From: an uncultured Flavobacteriales bacterium | GTDB taxonomy: Bacteria; Bacteroidota; Bacteroidia; Flavobacteriales; BACL11 | DNA: 64,000 nt | Direction: 5' to 3' | NCBI GenBank assembly: GCA_913046315.1 | Contig: CAJWRW010000001.1 | Coordinates: 14,456-78,455, forward strand | Part shown: in pieces, positions 63,750-64,000 of the stretch | Layout of the letters: each line of letters opens with the position of its first letter | How positions within the stretch are numbered: position 1 is the first letter of the stretch | Position numbers and translations under genes: made by a program | Notes under the pieces: model-generated | The model's database searches: none | The model's input: the letters and a program-made list of their open reading frames with translations, nothing else | Told to the model about the DNA's origin: nothing

Positions 63750-64000
63750 AATTAAGGGCGGAAAATATTGTAAAGTATTATGATAAAAGGCCAGTGGTTG
63801 ATGGTATAAATATTGACCTTAATCAAGGGGAAATTGTTGGCTTATTGGGGCCGAATGGAGCAGGAAAAACAACTTCTTTTTACATAATGGTTGGACTGAT
63901 TTCTCCCAATGAAGGGAATGTGTATTTAGAAGATGATAATATTACGGATTTACCCATGTATAAAAGAGCCCAAATGGGTATAGGTTATTTGGCGCAAGAA
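63746..64000 (+). CDS. lptB: LPS export ABC transporter ATP-binding protein LptB (5' part, runs off the right edge)
   Basis: ATG at 63746 overlaps the tatC TGA (ATGA). Translation [51 protein letters not shown]... contains Walker A and the LptB-typical N-terminus. Confidence 0.85.
   Translation, partial: MKLRAENIVKYYDKRPVVDGINIDLNQGEIVGLLGPNGAGKTTSFYIMVGLISPNEGNVYLEDDNITDLPMYKRAQMGIGYLAQE

Noticed and set aside
1-64000. Search for CRISPR arrays, transposases or IS elements, prophage genes, toxin-antitoxin pairs, restriction-modification or other defence systems, and rRNA or other large structured RNAs.
   Set aside because: None seen. Every gap longer than about 150 nt was read on both strands. 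They contain only promoters, terminators, the tRNA and the short ORFs reported. No direct-repeat arrays and no nuclease, integrase or reverse transcriptase motifs were found.

Overview
This is an AT-rich (about one-third G+C by eye), very gene-dense chromosomal segment. It looks like core genome of a gliding member of the Bacteroidota, probably Flavobacteriia-like. Evidence for that placement: two secreted proteins with type IX secretion (T9SS) C-terminal sorting domains, the gldE-gldD pair, TAnnTTTG-type -7 promoter boxes, and A-rich leaders with no Shine-Dalgarno sequences.

I call 58 protein-coding genes. Two are truncated by the window edges. Five are not in the supplied ORF track: three short ORFs and the two edge fragments. 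I also call one tRNA-Phe(GAA), three clear intrinsic terminators (two look bidirectional) and a set of candidate promoters.

Content from left to right:
- a UbiA-family prenyltransferase and maf
- an isolated wza/wzc polysaccharide-export pair
- a PLP Cys/Met enzyme and nhaC
- two tandem paralogous T9SS cargo proteins
- elbB and tRNA-Phe
- a tight coaX / outer-membrane protein / TPR / lptC block, followed by a CNNM-CBS protein and a PpiD-like chaperone
- the purH-mreBCD-mrdA-rodA operon
- an FtsX-type permease, mfd, a PPi-dependent phosphofructokinase and aspartate kinase
- an uncharacterised 591-aa protein
- an EamA transporter and ctaA
- gldD-gldE-ssb-mutY
- hup, a 29-aa hyperbasic peptide and RNase G
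- an MFS transporter, recX, prfB, an ArsC-family protein, fumC and manC
- a SprT-like protein
- a two-repeat PGCG-motif membrane protein with a tiny Cys-containing lipoprotein ORF upstream
- mlaEF and an MBL hydrolase
- a 1057-aa outer-membrane protein with a PD40 propeller and an Omp85-like barrel
- a half-size TauE, an M20 amidohydrolase, an FMN reductase, recQ, kdsD, tatC and the start of lptB

I found no transposase, integrase, phage, CRISPR, toxin-antitoxin or recognisable defence genes. I cannot point to a clear-cut novel multi-gene system. The best candidates for unexplored biology are:
- the tandem T9SS cargo paralogs (8.5-12.4 kb)
- the 1057-aa PD40/Omp85-like chimera (54.5-57.6 kb)
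- the 591-aa uncharacterised protein (34.9-36.7 kb)
- the micro-lipoprotein plus PGCG transporter pair (50.8-52.2 kb)
- the unannotated 29-aa bS22-like peptide (42.46 kb)
- the outer-membrane protein/TPR genes translationally coupled to lptC

All family assignments come from motifs read by eye and from memory of the families. No database search was run.
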